In this document: one piece after another, positions 1 through 10,348 of the stretch | Layout of the letters: the number at the start of each line of letters is the position of its first letter | Numbering within the stretch: the stretch's first letter is position 1 | Notes under the pieces: generated by a model | What the model saw: only the letters and a program-made list of their open reading frames with translations | Told to the model about the DNA's origin: nothing | Database searches by the model: none | Origin: an uncultured Chloroflexia bacterium | GTDB taxonomy: Bacteria > Chloroflexota > Limnocylindria > Limnocylindrales > CSP1-4 | DNA length: 64,000 bases | Direction of reading: 5' to 3' | NCBI GenBank assembly: GCA_963763775.1 | Contig: CAVXPZ010000001.1 | Coordinates: 256,001-320,000, forward strand | Made by a program: the position numbers and the translations under genes

Positions 1-588
1 CCGGTGGCCGGCGGGGCGTGCACGGGCGGCGGCATCGGCCCGCTCCAGGTCGACGAGGTCATCGGCGTCATGAAGGCCTACTCGACGCGCGTCGGGTCGG
101 GGCCGTACCCCACGGAACTCCACGACGAGATCGGCGCGGGGATCGCCGAGCGCGGCCACGAGTTCGGGACCGTGACCGGACGCCCGAGGCGCGTGGGCTG
201 GTTCGACGCGGTCCCGCTGCGCTACGCCGTCGCCGTCAACAGCGTCAGCTCGATCATGCTCAACAAGCTCGACATCCTGTCCGGGGTCGACCCGATCCGC
301 CTGTGCGTCGCCTACGAGATCGACGGCCGGCGCGTGGAGGTCTGGCCGTCGAGCGGCGCCGCCCTGGCGCGGGCGACGCCCATCTACGAGGCGTTCCCGG
401 GCTGGGCCGAGCCGATCAACGGGGTCCGGTCGCTCGCGGACCTGCCCGAGAACGCCCGTCGCTACGTCAGCGCCATCGAGTCGCATGCCGGCGTGCCGAT
501 CGTGCTGCTGTCGGTGGGGCCGGAGCGGACCCAGACGATCGAGCGGGCATGGCGGCCGATGCGACACCGGCCCGGGATCCCGGCGTGA
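1..588 (+). CDS. purA: Adenylosuccinate synthetase, C-terminal part (runs in from window start)
   Basis: Motifs KAYSTRVGSGPYPTE, EFGTVTGRPRRVGWFD, KLDIL, SVGPER. Confidence 0.97.
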   Translation, partial: PVAGGACTGGGIGPLQVDEVIGVMKAYSTRVGSGPYPTELHDEIGAGIAERGHEFGTVTGRPRRVGWFDAVPLRYAVAVNSVSSIMLNKLDILSGVDPIRLCVAYEIDGRRVEVWPSSGAALARATPIYEAFPGWAEPINGVRSLADLPENARRYVSAIESHAGVPIVLLSVGPERTQTIERAWRPMRHRPGIPA

Positions 589-595
589 GCGTGGG

Positions 596-1933
596 ATGAG
601 CACGGCCAGCCTGCGCACGCCGACGCGGATCCTCGTCGTGGGCGGCGGCGGGCGCGAGCACGCGCTGGCATGGAAGCTCGCGGCCGAGCCGGGCGTCAAC
701 GAGATCGTCGTCGCACCGGGGAGCGCCGCCATGGCGCGCGAACCGAGGGTCCGCTGCATCGACGTCGACCCGCTCGATCCACCGGCCGTGGTGGAGGTGG
801 CCCGGCGTGTCGCCGCGGAGCTCGTCGTGGTCGGGCCGGAGGCACCGCTCGCGGCCGGTGTCGCCGACGCGCTCGTCGCGGCCGGGTTCGCGGTGTTCGG
901 CCCGTCGCAGGCCGCCGCCCGCATCGAGAGCAGCAAGGCGTTCTGCCACGAGGTGGCTCGCGCGGCCGGCGTGCGGATGGCGCGGGCGGCGACGTTCGAC
1001 GCGCTCGAGCCCGCGCTGGCCTTCGCCAACGAGCTCGCCAGCGACGGGGGCGTGGTCATCAAGGCCGACGGCCTGGCGGCCGGCAAGGGCGTGACCGTGT
1101 GCGACGGGATGGAGGCCGCGGCCGCCGCGCTGCTCGCCGCCCTCGGCGAACCCGGGGCACGTGTCGTGGTCGAGGAGCGGCTCCACGGTCTCGAGGCCAG
1201 CCTCATCGCGCTCTGTGACGGCCGCGACGCGCTGGCCCTGCCCCTCGCTCGCGACCACAAGCGGCTCGCCGACGGCGACCTCGGCCCGAACACGGGCGGG
1301 ATGGGCGCGTACAGCCCCTTGGCGGACTTGCCCGAGTCGACCGTGCCGGCCCTGGTCGAGGCGTTCCATCGGCCGATCCTCGCCGAGCTGGCCCGCCGTG
1401 GCACGCCGTTCCGCGGCGCGCTGTACGCCGGGCTGATGCTGACGGACGCGGGACCCGTGCTCCTCGAGTGCAACGCCCGGTTCGGCGATCCCGAGACGCA
1501 GGCGCTCCTCCCGCGGCTGGCCGTCGCGCTCGGACCGCTCCTCGCGGCGGCGGCCCGGGGCGAACTGGCCGGGGCGACCGAGGCGCTGGGGATCGGCGAC
1601 GCCCGTCTGCCGACGCTCCCCGGGGCGACCGTCGCGGTCGTGCTCGCGGCGGCCGGGTACCCGGATGCGCCGCGTCGCGGCGACGTGATCCACGGCCTGG
1701 AGGCGGTCGAGGCGTCCGGCACGCTCGTCTTCCACGCAGGGACCTCGGTCGACGCGGATGGCACCGTCCGGACGTCCGGCGGCCGGGTGCTGGCCGTCGT
1801 CGGGCGCGGCGCGACCATCGACGCCGCGCGGGCCGACGCGGAACGCGCGGCCGACGAGATCACCTGGGACGGTGCCCAGCGCCGCCACGACATCGGGATC
1901 GATCCGGCACTGCCCGTGGGGGCCGGACGATGA
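596..1933 (+). CDS. purD: Phosphoribosylamine-glycine ligase
   Basis: ILVVGGGGREHALAW, VVGPEAPL, KADGLAAGKGV, GPNTGGMGAYSP, NARFGDPETQ; ATG at 596 within ORF 485..1933. Confidence 0.97.
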   Translation: MSTASLRTPTRILVVGGGGREHALAWKLAAEPGVNEIVVAPGSAAMAREPRVRCIDVDPLDPPAVVEVARRVAAELVVVGPEAPLAAGVADALVAAGFAVFGPSQAAARIESSKAFCHEVARAAGVRMARAATFDALEPALAFANELASDGGVVIKADGLAAGKGVTVCDGMEAAAAALLAALGEPGARVVVEERLHGLEASLIALCDGRDALALPLARDHKRLADGDLGPNTGGMGAYSPLADLPESTVPALVEAFHRPILAELARRGTPFRGALYAGLMLTDAGPVLLECNARFGDPETQALLPRLAVALGPLLAAAARGELAGATEALGIGDARLPTLPGATVAVVLAAAGYPDAPRRGDVIHGLEAVEASGTLVFHAGTSVDADGTVRTSGGRVLAVVGRGATIDAARADAERAADEITWDGAQRRHDIGIDPALPVGAGR

Positions 1934-3285
1934 TCCGGCGGTACACCCTCGCCGAGATGGGCGCGATCTGGTCCGAGGCGGCCAGGTTCGAGGCGATGCT
2001 CCGGGTGGAGCTCGCGGTGGCGCGCGTCCAGGCGGCGCACGGGCTCATCCCGGCCGATGTGGTCGCGCCGATCGAGGACCGCGCCCGGGTCGATGTCGAG
2101 CGGATCGCGGAGATCGAGCGGACGACCGATCACGACGTCATCGCGTTCGTGAGCCAGGTCGCGGAGACGGTCGGGCCTGAGGGCCGCTACCTCCACTTCG
2201 GCCTGACGAGCAGCGACGTCGTCGACACCGGCCTCGCGCTCCAGCTCCGCGGGGCCGGGGAGCGGCTCCTCGGCGATTGCGACCGGCTCCTCCGCGTCCT
2301 CATCACGCGTGCCCGGGCCGAGGCGGAGACCGTGATGATGGGTCGGACCCATTCGGTGCACGCCGAGCCGACGACCCTCGGGCTCAAGCTCGCCGGCTGG
2401 GCGTTCGAACTCGAGCGCGGCCGGACGCGCCTGGCGGCGGCCGTGGACGAGATCGGGACCGGCAAGATCTCGGGTCCCGTCGGGACGTACAGCCACCTCG
2501 GCCCGGAGATCGAGGCCGAGGTGCTCGCGGCCCTCGGGTTGCACGCGGATGCGGTCAGCAGCCAGATCGTCCAGCGCGACCGACATGCGGCCCTGCTGGC
2601 GGCCGTGGCGATCCTCGGCGGCTCCCTGGAGCGCTTCGCCACGGAGGTGCGGAACCTCCAGCACACGGAGATCGGGGAGCTGCAGGAGCCGTTCGCCGCC
2701 GGGCAGAAGGGCTCGAGCGCGATGCCGCACAAGCGCAACCCGATCCTGTCGGAGCGGATCGCCGGGCTGGCGCGCCTGCTGCGCGGGTATGCCCACACCG
2801 CGCTCGAGGACCAGCCGCTGTGGCACGAGCGTGACATCAGCCACTCGAGCGCGGAACGGGTCATCCTCCCGGACGCCACGATCGTGCTCGATTACATGCT
2901 CGTGAAGATGACCGGCCTCGTGGACGGCCTCGTCGTCCGGTCCGAGCGGATGCGCGAGAACATCGCCCGGGGCCTCGGCCTGCACGCGTCGTCACGGGTG
3001 CTCGTGGCCCTCGTCGAGACCGGCGGCCTGTCTCGCGAGGAGGCCTACGCCATCGTGCAGCGCGCGGCGTTGCGGGCGGCGGACGAGCGCGCGCCGCTCC
3101 GGGACCTGCTGGCCGTGGATCCGGCGGTCGCCCAGCGGCTCTCGCTCGTGCAACTCGACGCGTGCTTCGACGATGCCGCGTTCCTCCGCCATCGCCCGGT
3201 GATCATCGCCCGGCTCGACAGGCTCAGCGACGCGCTCGACGCGCGGACCGCCACCCGCCCGGCGACGGTGCCCGATGCTGGCTGA
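1930..3285 (+). CDS. purB: Adenylosuccinate lyase
   Basis: MIRRYT start in ATGA overlap with purD stop; HFGLTSSD, GRTHSVHAEPTT, GSSAMPHKRNP signature. Confidence 0.97.
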   Translation: MIRRYTLAEMGAIWSEAARFEAMLRVELAVARVQAAHGLIPADVVAPIEDRARVDVERIAEIERTTDHDVIAFVSQVAETVGPEGRYLHFGLTSSDVVDTGLALQLRGAGERLLGDCDRLLRVLITRARAEAETVMMGRTHSVHAEPTTLGLKLAGWAFELERGRTRLAAAVDEIGTGKISGPVGTYSHLGPEIEAEVLAALGLHADAVSSQIVQRDRHAALLAAVAILGGSLERFATEVRNLQHTEIGELQEPFAAGQKGSSAMPHKRNPILSERIAGLARLLRGYAHTALEDQPLWHERDISHSSAERVILPDATIVLDYMLVKMTGLVDGLVVRSERMRENIARGLGLHASSRVLVALVETGGLSREEAYAIVQRAALRAADERAPLRDLLAVDPAVAQRLSLVQLDACFDDAAFLRHRPVIIARLDRLSDALDARTATRPATVPDAG

Positions 3286-4268
3286 GACCTACCTCCGGTC
3301 CGGCAAGGTCCGCGACCTGTACCGCCTCAACGACGGGCGGGTCGTGCTCGTCGCCTCGGACCGGATCAGCGCGTTCGACGTGGTGCTGCCGACCCTGATC
3401 CCGGACAAGGGCCGGGTCCTCACCGCCATCTCGCGCTTCTGGTTCAAGGAGACCGGCTCGATCATCGAGAACCACCTGCTCACGGCGGACGTCCGCGACC
3501 TCGAATCGACGCTGATCGGCGAGGTGGAGGCGAGCGGTGGGTCGGCCGCCGACCTCGGCTCGTTCGACGACCTGCGCGGCCGCGTGATGCTCTGCCGCTC
3601 GGCGTCGGTGGTCCCGATCGAAGCCGTCGTCCGCGGGTACCTGTCGGGCTCGGGGTGGAAGGAGTACCAGGCGAGCGGCACCGTCTGCGGCATCGCCCTG
3701 CCGAGCGGGCTCCGCGAGAGCGACCGGCTGCCGCAGCCGATCTTCACGCCGGCGACGAAGGCCGAGCTGGGCCAGCACGACGAGAACATCGACTTCGACA
3801 CGATGATCGACCATCTGGCGGCGTGGGAGCTCGACGGACGCGACGCCGCGGCCGAGGTCGCGGAGCGGATCCGCGACGTCAGCCTGCGGCTGTACGGGTA
3901 CGCGAGCGCCGTCGCCGCGACGGCGCGGCATCGTGCTCGCCGATACGAAGTTCGAATTCGGGTTCCCCGTCCCGGGCGAACGGTCCCGTCCGAGTGACGG
4001 CCTCATGCTCATCGACGAGGCGCTGACGCCCGATTCGTCGCGGTTCTGGGACGCCGCGACCTACGAGCCGGGCCGGCCGCAGGCGAGCTTCGACAAGCAG
4101 TTCGTCCGCGACTGGCTCGAGGCCCAGCCCTGGGACAAGACGGCCCCGGGTCCCGCCCTGCCGGACGACGTCGTCGATGGCACGCGTGCCCGCTACATCG
4201 ACGCCTACGAACGCCTCACCGGCGCCTCGTTCGAGCGCTATCTCCAGGAGGATGTCATCGCCTCATGA
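3275..4268 (+). CDS. purC: SAICAR synthetase (one apparent +1 frameshift near 3923)
   Basis: [27 protein letters not shown] in ORF 3275; [32 protein letters not shown] in ORF 3933..4268. Confidence 0.95.
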
Positions 4269-4549
4269 CCAGCTTCCGGTTCGCCGTCAACGTGCTGCCC
4301 AAGCCCGGCATCCTCGATCCGCAGGGCCGGGCGGTCGAGGGCAGTCTCGGCCATCTCGGGATCGACGGCGTCAGCGCGGTCCGCGTCGGGCGCCGGGTGG
4401 AGCTGACCGTCGACGCGCCGGACGAGGCGGCCGCCGAGGCGGTCGTCGACCGTCTCGCCGCGGAGCTGCTCTCGAACCCGCTCATCGAGGCGTATACCGT
4501 CGAGGCGGTCGGGGCGACGTCGTCCGTCACGGCGAGCCGGGCGAACTGA
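4265..4549 (+). CDS. purS: FGAM synthase subunit PurS
   Basis: [12 protein letters not shown] and LLSNPLIE motifs, 94 aa, located between purC and purQ. Confidence 0.95.
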   Translation: MTSFRFAVNVLPKPGILDPQGRAVEGSLGHLGIDGVSAVRVGRRVELTVDAPDEAAAEAVVDRLAAELLSNPLIEAYTVEAVGATSSVTASRAN

Positions 4550-4551
4550 CG

Positions 4552-5292
4552 ATGGGCGTGCGGATCGGCGTCGTCGTCTTCCCGGGCAGCAACTGCGATC
4601 GGGACACCGTCCACGCCCTCGAGCTGGCCGGTGCGGAGCCCGTCGTGCTCTGGCACGAACAGGCGTCGCTCGACGGCGCGGCGGCCGTGGTGCTCCCGGG
4701 CGGGTTCGCCTACGGCGACTATCTCCGGGCGGGGGTCATCGCGCGGTTCAGCCCGGTGATGCGGTCCGTCACGGCCTTCGCGAACGACGGCGGACTCGTG
4801 CTGGGGATCTGCAACGGGTTCCAGGTCCTCGCCGAGGCCCACCTCGTCCCGGGGGCACTGCTGCGCAACGCCTCGCTGCGGTTCGCCGGCCAGCAGGTGC
4901 GGATCGCGGCCGAGCGGGTCGACACGGTGTTCACGCACGGCCTCGAGGCCGGCCGCCCGCTGCGGATGCCGGTCGCCCACGGCGAGGGCTGCTACTTCGC
5001 CGACGAGGCCACGCTCGACGACCTCGAGCGCGCCGGCGCGGTCATCTTCCGGTATGTCGATGCGGCTGGCCGCCCGGCCGGTCCCGAGGATCCCGCGAAC
5101 CCGAACGGCTCGCTCCGGGCCATCGCCGGGGTCGTCAACGCCGCGGGCAACGTCGCCGGGCTCATGCCGCACCCGGAGCGGGCGGCCGAGGCGATCCTCG
5201 GCTCCGACGACGGTGCCGGCATCATCCGGGCCCTCGTCGAGAGTGCCGCACGCGCGGCCTCCGACCAGCCGGTCGTCGTGGGCGCGCGATGA
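4552..5292 (+). CDS. purQ: FGAM synthase glutaminase subunit
   Basis: [41 protein letters not shown]. Confidence 0.97.
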   Translation: MGVRIGVVVFPGSNCDRDTVHALELAGAEPVVLWHEQASLDGAAAVVLPGGFAYGDYLRAGVIARFSPVMRSVTAFANDGGLVLGICNGFQVLAEAHLVPGALLRNASLRFAGQQVRIAAERVDTVFTHGLEAGRPLRMPVAHGEGCYFADEATLDDLERAGAVIFRYVDAAGRPAGPEDPANPNGSLRAIAGVVNAAGNVAGLMPHPERAAEAILGSDDGAGIIRALVESAARAASDQPVVVGAR

Positions 5293-7613
5293 CCCTCGCC
5301 GAGCGACCCGTGGAGCCGCTGCACCGCCGGCTGGGCGTCACCGACGACGAGCTCGACGCGATCCGCGACCGGCTCGGCGGCCGCGACCCCAACGACCTCG
5401 AGCTCGCGATGTTCAGCGTCATGTGGAGCGAGCACTGCTCCTACAAGAGCTCGAAGCCGCTGCTCAAGACGCTGCCGACCGCCGGCGAGGGCGTGGTCGC
5501 CGGCCCGGGCGAGAACGCGGGCGTCATCTCGATCGGCGACGGCCTGGCGGTCGCGTTCAAGATCGAATCGCACAACCATCCGAGCGCGGTCGAGCCGTAC
5601 CAGGGCGCGGCGACCGGGGTGGGCGGCATCCTCCGCGACATCTTCACGATGGGCGCCCGCCCGATCGCGATCCTCGACGCCCTGCGGTTCGGCGATCCGG
5701 CCGACGCCCGCACCCGGCACCTCGTCGACGGCGTGGTCCGCGGCGTGGGCGGCTACGGCAACTGCGTCGGCGTCCCGACGGTCGGCGGCGAACTCGTGTT
5801 CGACCCGACCTACCAGGGCAACCCGCTCGTCAACGTGATGGCGATCGGCCTCATGGAGGAGCGGCTCCTGACGCTCGCGGCCGCGCCGGGACCCGGCAAC
5901 CTCGTGGTGCTGTTCGGGTCGGCCACCGGTCGCGACGGCATCGGCGGCGCCTCCGTCCTCGCGAGCGCGACCTTCACCCACGACGACCCGTCCAAGCGGC
6001 CCTCGGTCCAGGTCGGCGACCCGTTCGCCGAGAAGCTGCTGATCGAGGCGAGCCTGGAGCTCATCGAACGCGGTCTCGTCGAGGGCCTGCAGGACCTCGG
6101 CGCCGGCGGCATCACCTGCGCCACGTCGGAGACGGCCGACCGTGCCGGGACCGGGATGCTCGTCGACCTCGACGCGATCCCGCGGCGAGAGCCCGGGCTG
6201 GAACCCTTCGAGGTCATGATCTCCGAGTCGCAGGAGCGGATGTGCGCCGCGGTCCTCCCGGAGCGCTGGGAGGACGTCCGCGAGGTCTGCACCCGCTGGG
6301 GTCTGCCGGTCGCCGTCATCGGCCGCGTCACCGCGGACGGGGACATCGTCGTCATCGACGGCGGCCTGGCCCCCGACGGCGGACCGAACCCCGGGGCCAC
6401 GGAACTCGCCCGGATCCCGGCGGCCGCGCTGACGAGTGACGCCATCGTCCACGCGCGGGTCGCGAGCCCGCCGACGCACCAGCGCCTCGCGCCCGCACCG
6501 GGCGCGCCGCTGGAGCCGGTCGACCGGCTCCCGGAGCGGGGGATGGACCCGGGGGCCGTGCTCCTCGCCCTCCTGGGCTCGGCGAATCTCGCCTCGCGGC
6601 ATCGCGTGTTCCACCAGTACGACTCGACCATCGGCGCCGACACGATCGCCGGGCCTGGCCAGGGGGCGGCCGTGATGCGCGTCAAGGGCACGACGAAGGC
6701 GCTCGTCGCGGCGACGGACGGGAACCAGGGTGTCGGCGCGGTGGACCCGTGGCTCGGCGCGGCGCTGTCGGTCGCGGAGGCGACCCGCAACGTCTCCATC
6801 ACCGGCGCCCGGCCGCTCGGCGTGACGAATTGCCTCAACTACGGCGATCCGACCCGGCCGGAAGCGTTCTGGCAGCTGACCGAAGGGGTCCGCGGTCTCG
6901 GGGATGCCTGCCGGGCGCTCGGGCTGCCCGTGACGGGCGGCAACGTGTCGCTCTATAACGAGTCGCCGACCGGGGCGATCGCCCCGACCCCGGAGATCGG
7001 CGTGGTCGGCCTCATCGAGGATGTCGCGACGCTGGTCGGCCCGGCCTTCGCGGCGACGCACGACGCCGTCGTCCTCGTCGGCGAGTCCGGTCCCGGCCTG
7101 GCCGGCTCGGCCTACGCGGCGCTCGCGGGCGCGGCGGTCGAGGACGGCCCGCCCGGCCTCGATCTCGCTCGGGAGGCGGCCGTCCAGGCGTTCGTCCGCG
7201 AAGCGATCGCGCGCGGGCTCGTCGCCTCGGCGCAGGACGTCTCGGGCGGCGGCCTCGCCGTCGCCCTGGCCGAAGGGGCGATGTGGGGCGATCTCGGGGC
7301 GACGGTCCGTCTCGCCGTCGCGAGCTCGCCCGCGGTCGACCTGTTCGGCGAGAGCCCGTCGCGTCTCGTGCTGACCTGTCGGCCGAGGTATGCCGCGGCG
7401 CTCGAGCTGCTCGCCCGGCAGTACGGTCTGCCCGTCGAGACCATCGGCACGGTCGGCGGCGATCGGCTCGTGATCGAGCTGGTCGGGGCGGGGGCGACCG
7501 GCGCGTCGGAGGAACGAGGGAGCCGGGTCGCCGACGCCCTCGAGGTCCCGCTCGCGGACATGCGGCATGCCTGGGATCACGGGCTCGGCCGCGCGCTCGG
7601 CTGGGAGGGCTGA
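5289..7613 (+). CDS. purL: FGAM synthase subunit PurL (small type)
   Basis: [48 protein letters not shown]. Confidence 0.97.
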   Translation: MTLAERPVEPLHRRLGVTDDELDAIRDRLGGRDPNDLELAMFSVMWSEHCSYKSSKPLLKTLPTAGEGVVAGPGENAGVISIGDGLAVAFKIESHNHPSAVEPYQGAATGVGGILRDIFTMGARPIAILDALRFGDPADARTRHLVDGVVRGVGGYGNCVGVPTVGGELVFDPTYQGNPLVNVMAIGLMEERLLTLAAAPGPGNLVVLFGSATGRDGIGGASVLASATFTHDDPSKRPSVQVGDPFAEKLLIEASLELIERGLVEGLQDLGAGGITCATSETADRAGTGMLVDLDAIPRREPGLEPFEVMISESQERMCAAVLPERWEDVREVCTRWGLPVAVIGRVTADGDIVVIDGGLAPDGGPNPGATELARIPAAALTSDAIVHARVASPPTHQRLAPAPGAPLEPVDRLPERGMDPGAVLLALLGSANLASRHRVFHQYDSTIGADTIAGPGQGAAVMRVKGTTKALVAATDGNQGVGAVDPWLGAALSVAEATRNVSITGARPLGVTNCLNYGDPTRPEAFWQLTEGVRGLGDACRALGLPVTGGNVSLYNESPTGAIAPTPEIGVVGLIEDVATLVGPAFAATHDAVVLVGESGPGLAGSAYAALAGAAVEDGPPGLDLAREAAVQAFVREAIARGLVASAQDVSGGGLAVALAEGAMWGDLGATVRLAVASSPAVDLFGESPSRLVLTCRPRYAAALELLARQYGLPVETIGTVGGDRLVIELVGAGATGASEERGSRVADALEVPLADMRHAWDHGLGRALGWEG

Positions 7614-7615
7614 CC

Positions 7616-9079
7616 ATGTGCGGCGTCTTCGGAGCGGTCCTGCCGAACGGCGAAGCCACCGATGCGGCCGCCCTTGCGACGCTGGGCCTGTTCGCCCTGC
7701 AGCATCGCGGGCAGGAGTCGGCCGGGATCGCCGTGAGCGACGGCGAGCAGCTCATGCTCTACAAGGACCTCGGGATGATCAGCACGGTCCTCGACGAGCG
7801 CCGCCTGCCGAGCCTCCGCGGGCGCCTGGCCATCGCCCACTGCCGCTACTCGACCACGGGCTCGACGATCTGGGAGAACGCGCAGCCGACCTACCGACGG
7901 GGCCCGCGGCGCGCGATCGCCATCGGCCACAACGGCAACCTCGTCAACACGCGCGACCTGCTCACGCAGCTCGAGGGCGGCCGGGCCCGCCTCCCGGCCT
8001 CGACCGACACGGAGCTCCTGACCGCGCTCCTCGCCGACGAGCCTGCGGCCGACACCGTCGAGGCCATGGTCCGCGTCCTCCCGCGCGTCAAGGGCGCGTT
8101 CAGCCTCGTCGTGCTCGACCAGCGCCGGGTCATCGGCGTTCGCGACCCGCACGGGTTCCGGCCGCTCGTCCTCGGACGGATCCCCTCGACGCCGGAGGTG
8201 GGCGGCCCCGACGACGGCCTGTGGGTCGACGACGACGCCTCCGCCGGCTGGTGCCTGTCGTCGGAGACGGCGGCGCTCGACATCGTCGGCGCCGAATTCG
8301 TGCGGGACGTCGAGCCCGGCGAGATCGTCATCCTCGAGCCCGGCCAGCCGCCTCGATCGGTCCGCTACGCGGCGGCGAACCCGGCCCTCTGCGTCTTCGA
8401 GTTGATCTACTTCGCCCGCCCGGACTCGTACATGGAAGGCCGCAACCTCTACGAGGTCCGCCGTCGGATGGGGGAGCAGCTGGCCATCGAGCACCCGGTC
8501 GACGCCGACCTCGTGATGCCCGTGCCCGACACCGGAGCGCCGGCCGCGGCCGGCTACGCCGAGGGGTCGGGCCTGCCGTACCGGGAGGGGATGTACCGCA
8601 ACCGGTATGCCGGTCGCACGTTCATCCAGCCGTCGAAGGGCCTCCGCCACCGCGGCGTGACGATCAAGCTCAACCCGCTGCGCGAAGTGGTCGCGGGCAA
8701 GCGGCTCATCGTCGTCGACGATTCGATCGTCCGCGGCACCACGACCAAGCGCATCGTCGAACTGCTGCGCAAGGCCGGCGCCACCGAGGTCCACGTCCGG
8801 ATCAGCGCGCCGCCGATCTACCACCCGTGCTTCTACGGCATCGATACCTCGATCGAGACCGAGCTGATCGCGGCCACCCATACGGAGGCCGAGATCCGGG
8901 AGTTCATCGGCGCCGACTCGCTCGGCTACCTCTCGATCCGCGGCGTGCTGGCCGCCCTCGACCTGCCGTACGACCGGTTCTGCTTCGCGTGTTTCGACGG
9001 CAACTACCCCGAGCCCGTCCCCTACGACGCCTCGAGCCGGAAGTTCATGCTCGAGGAGCCCGAACTCGCCCATGGCTGA
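7616..9079 (+). CDS. purF: Amidophosphoribosyltransferase
   Basis: N-terminal MCG nucleophile, QHRGQESAG, RYSTTG, VDDSIVRGTT, Fe-S cysteines (PCFYG, CFAC). Confidence 0.97.
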   Translation: MCGVFGAVLPNGEATDAAALATLGLFALQHRGQESAGIAVSDGEQLMLYKDLGMISTVLDERRLPSLRGRLAIAHCRYSTTGSTIWENAQPTYRRGPRRAIAIGHNGNLVNTRDLLTQLEGGRARLPASTDTELLTALLADEPAADTVEAMVRVLPRVKGAFSLVVLDQRRVIGVRDPHGFRPLVLGRIPSTPEVGGPDDGLWVDDDASAGWCLSSETAALDIVGAEFVRDVEPGEIVILEPGQPPRSVRYAAANPALCVFELIYFARPDSYMEGRNLYEVRRRMGEQLAIEHPVDADLVMPVPDTGAPAAAGYAEGSGLPYREGMYRNRYAGRTFIQPSKGLRHRGVTIKLNPLREVVAGKRLIVVDDSIVRGTTTKRIVELLRKAGATEVHVRISAPPIYHPCFYGIDTSIETELIAATHTEAEIREFIGADSLGYLSIRGVLAALDLPYDRFCFACFDGNYPEPVPYDASSRKFMLEEPELAHG

Positions 9080-10348
9080 GCGATCGGCGGCGCGGCGGCC
9101 CATCCCGGCGTTGGCGGCTGCGGGCGCTCGCTCACGCACCGCCAAGTGCGCTCGCTCGTGTCCTCGCCGCCGCCTTGGCCTGGGCCACCCCGCCCCCGTC
9201 GTCCCGATCGAGGCGACGCGCGGGCGGCGTATCGCGCGGCCGGGGTCGACGTCGCCGCGGGCGAGGAAGCCGTCGAGCGGATGCGCGGGCACGTCGAGTC
9301 CACGCGGCGACCCGAGGTCGTCGGGGGTCTCGGGGGCTTCGGCGGCGCGTTCTCGATCCCGTCGGGCTACCGGGAGCCGCTGATGGTCGCCTCGACCGAC
9401 GGCGTGGGCACCAAGACCGCGATCGCCGCCTCGGTCGGCCGCTTCGACACCATCGGCATCGACCTGGTCGCGATGTGCGCGGACGACGTCGTCTGCACGG
9501 GGGCCGAGCCGCTCGCGTTCCTCGACTACGTCGCGGTCGGACACCTCGATCCCATGGCGGTGGCCGAGCTCGTCGGCGGGGTCGCGGCGGGTTGTCGCGA
9601 GGCCGGCTGCGCGCTCGTCGGCGGTGAGACCGCGGAGCACCCCGGGCTCATGGACGCGGACGAGTTCGACCTGGCCGGGACCGCGATCGGCGTGGTCGAG
9701 CGGGACCGGGTGATCGACGGCCGCGCCACCCGCGACGGGGATGTGATCGTCGGGCTTGCCGCGTCCGGGCTGCACGCCAATGGCTACTCGCTCGTCCGCG
9801 CGCTCGTCGCGCGATGGGACCTCGACCTCGCCGACCCGTACCAGACGCGGCTGCGTCGGACGCTCGGCGACGCGGGGACGGATGCCGCCCTCACGGCCGC
9901 CCCGCACGAGGCGCTCGCGACCCTGGGCGAGGTCCTGCTCACGCCCACCCGGATCTACGCCCTCGCGGTCCTCGGGGTGCGGGACGCCCTCGTCGCGGCC
10001 GGGTCCGACATCCACGGACTCGCGCACATCACTGGTGGCGGGCTGCCCGGGAACGTGCCGCGCGCGCTCGGTCCCGACCTGGCAGCACGGCTGGACCCGA
10101 CCCGATGGCGCCTGCCGTCGGTCATGGCCTTGTTCGGCGGCCTCGGCGGCCTCGATGACCGCGAGCTCCGCTCGACCTTCAACGGCGGCCTCGGGATGGT
10201 GGTCGTGCTGCCCGCAGCCGCGGCGCCGATCGCCATCGGCGCGTTCGAGTCCCGCGGCATCGCCGCGTCCGTGGTCGGCGAGGTCGTCGCCGCGGCCGAC
10301 GTCGGCGGCGCCCGCTATGTCGAGGGCCCGCTGGGGATCGAGGCATGA
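9072..10348 (+). CDS. purM: AIR synthetase; start either ATG 9072 (overlaps purF stop, needs one missing base before 9230) or GTG 9146
   Basis: YRAAGVD, GGFGG, STDGVGTK, GGETAEHPG, SGLHANGYSL, AHITGGG, TFNGGLGM. Confidence 0.93.
9081..9210. repeat. ~130-nt imperfect palindromic element at the 5' end of purM
   Basis: Nested complementary arms: CGATCGG(9081)/CCGATCG(9204), GGCCCA(9097)/TGGGCC(9181), GGCGGC(9113)/GCCGCC(~9167), CGCAC(9135)/GTGCG(9146); the encoded peptide has no PurM-like features. Confidence 0.6.
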
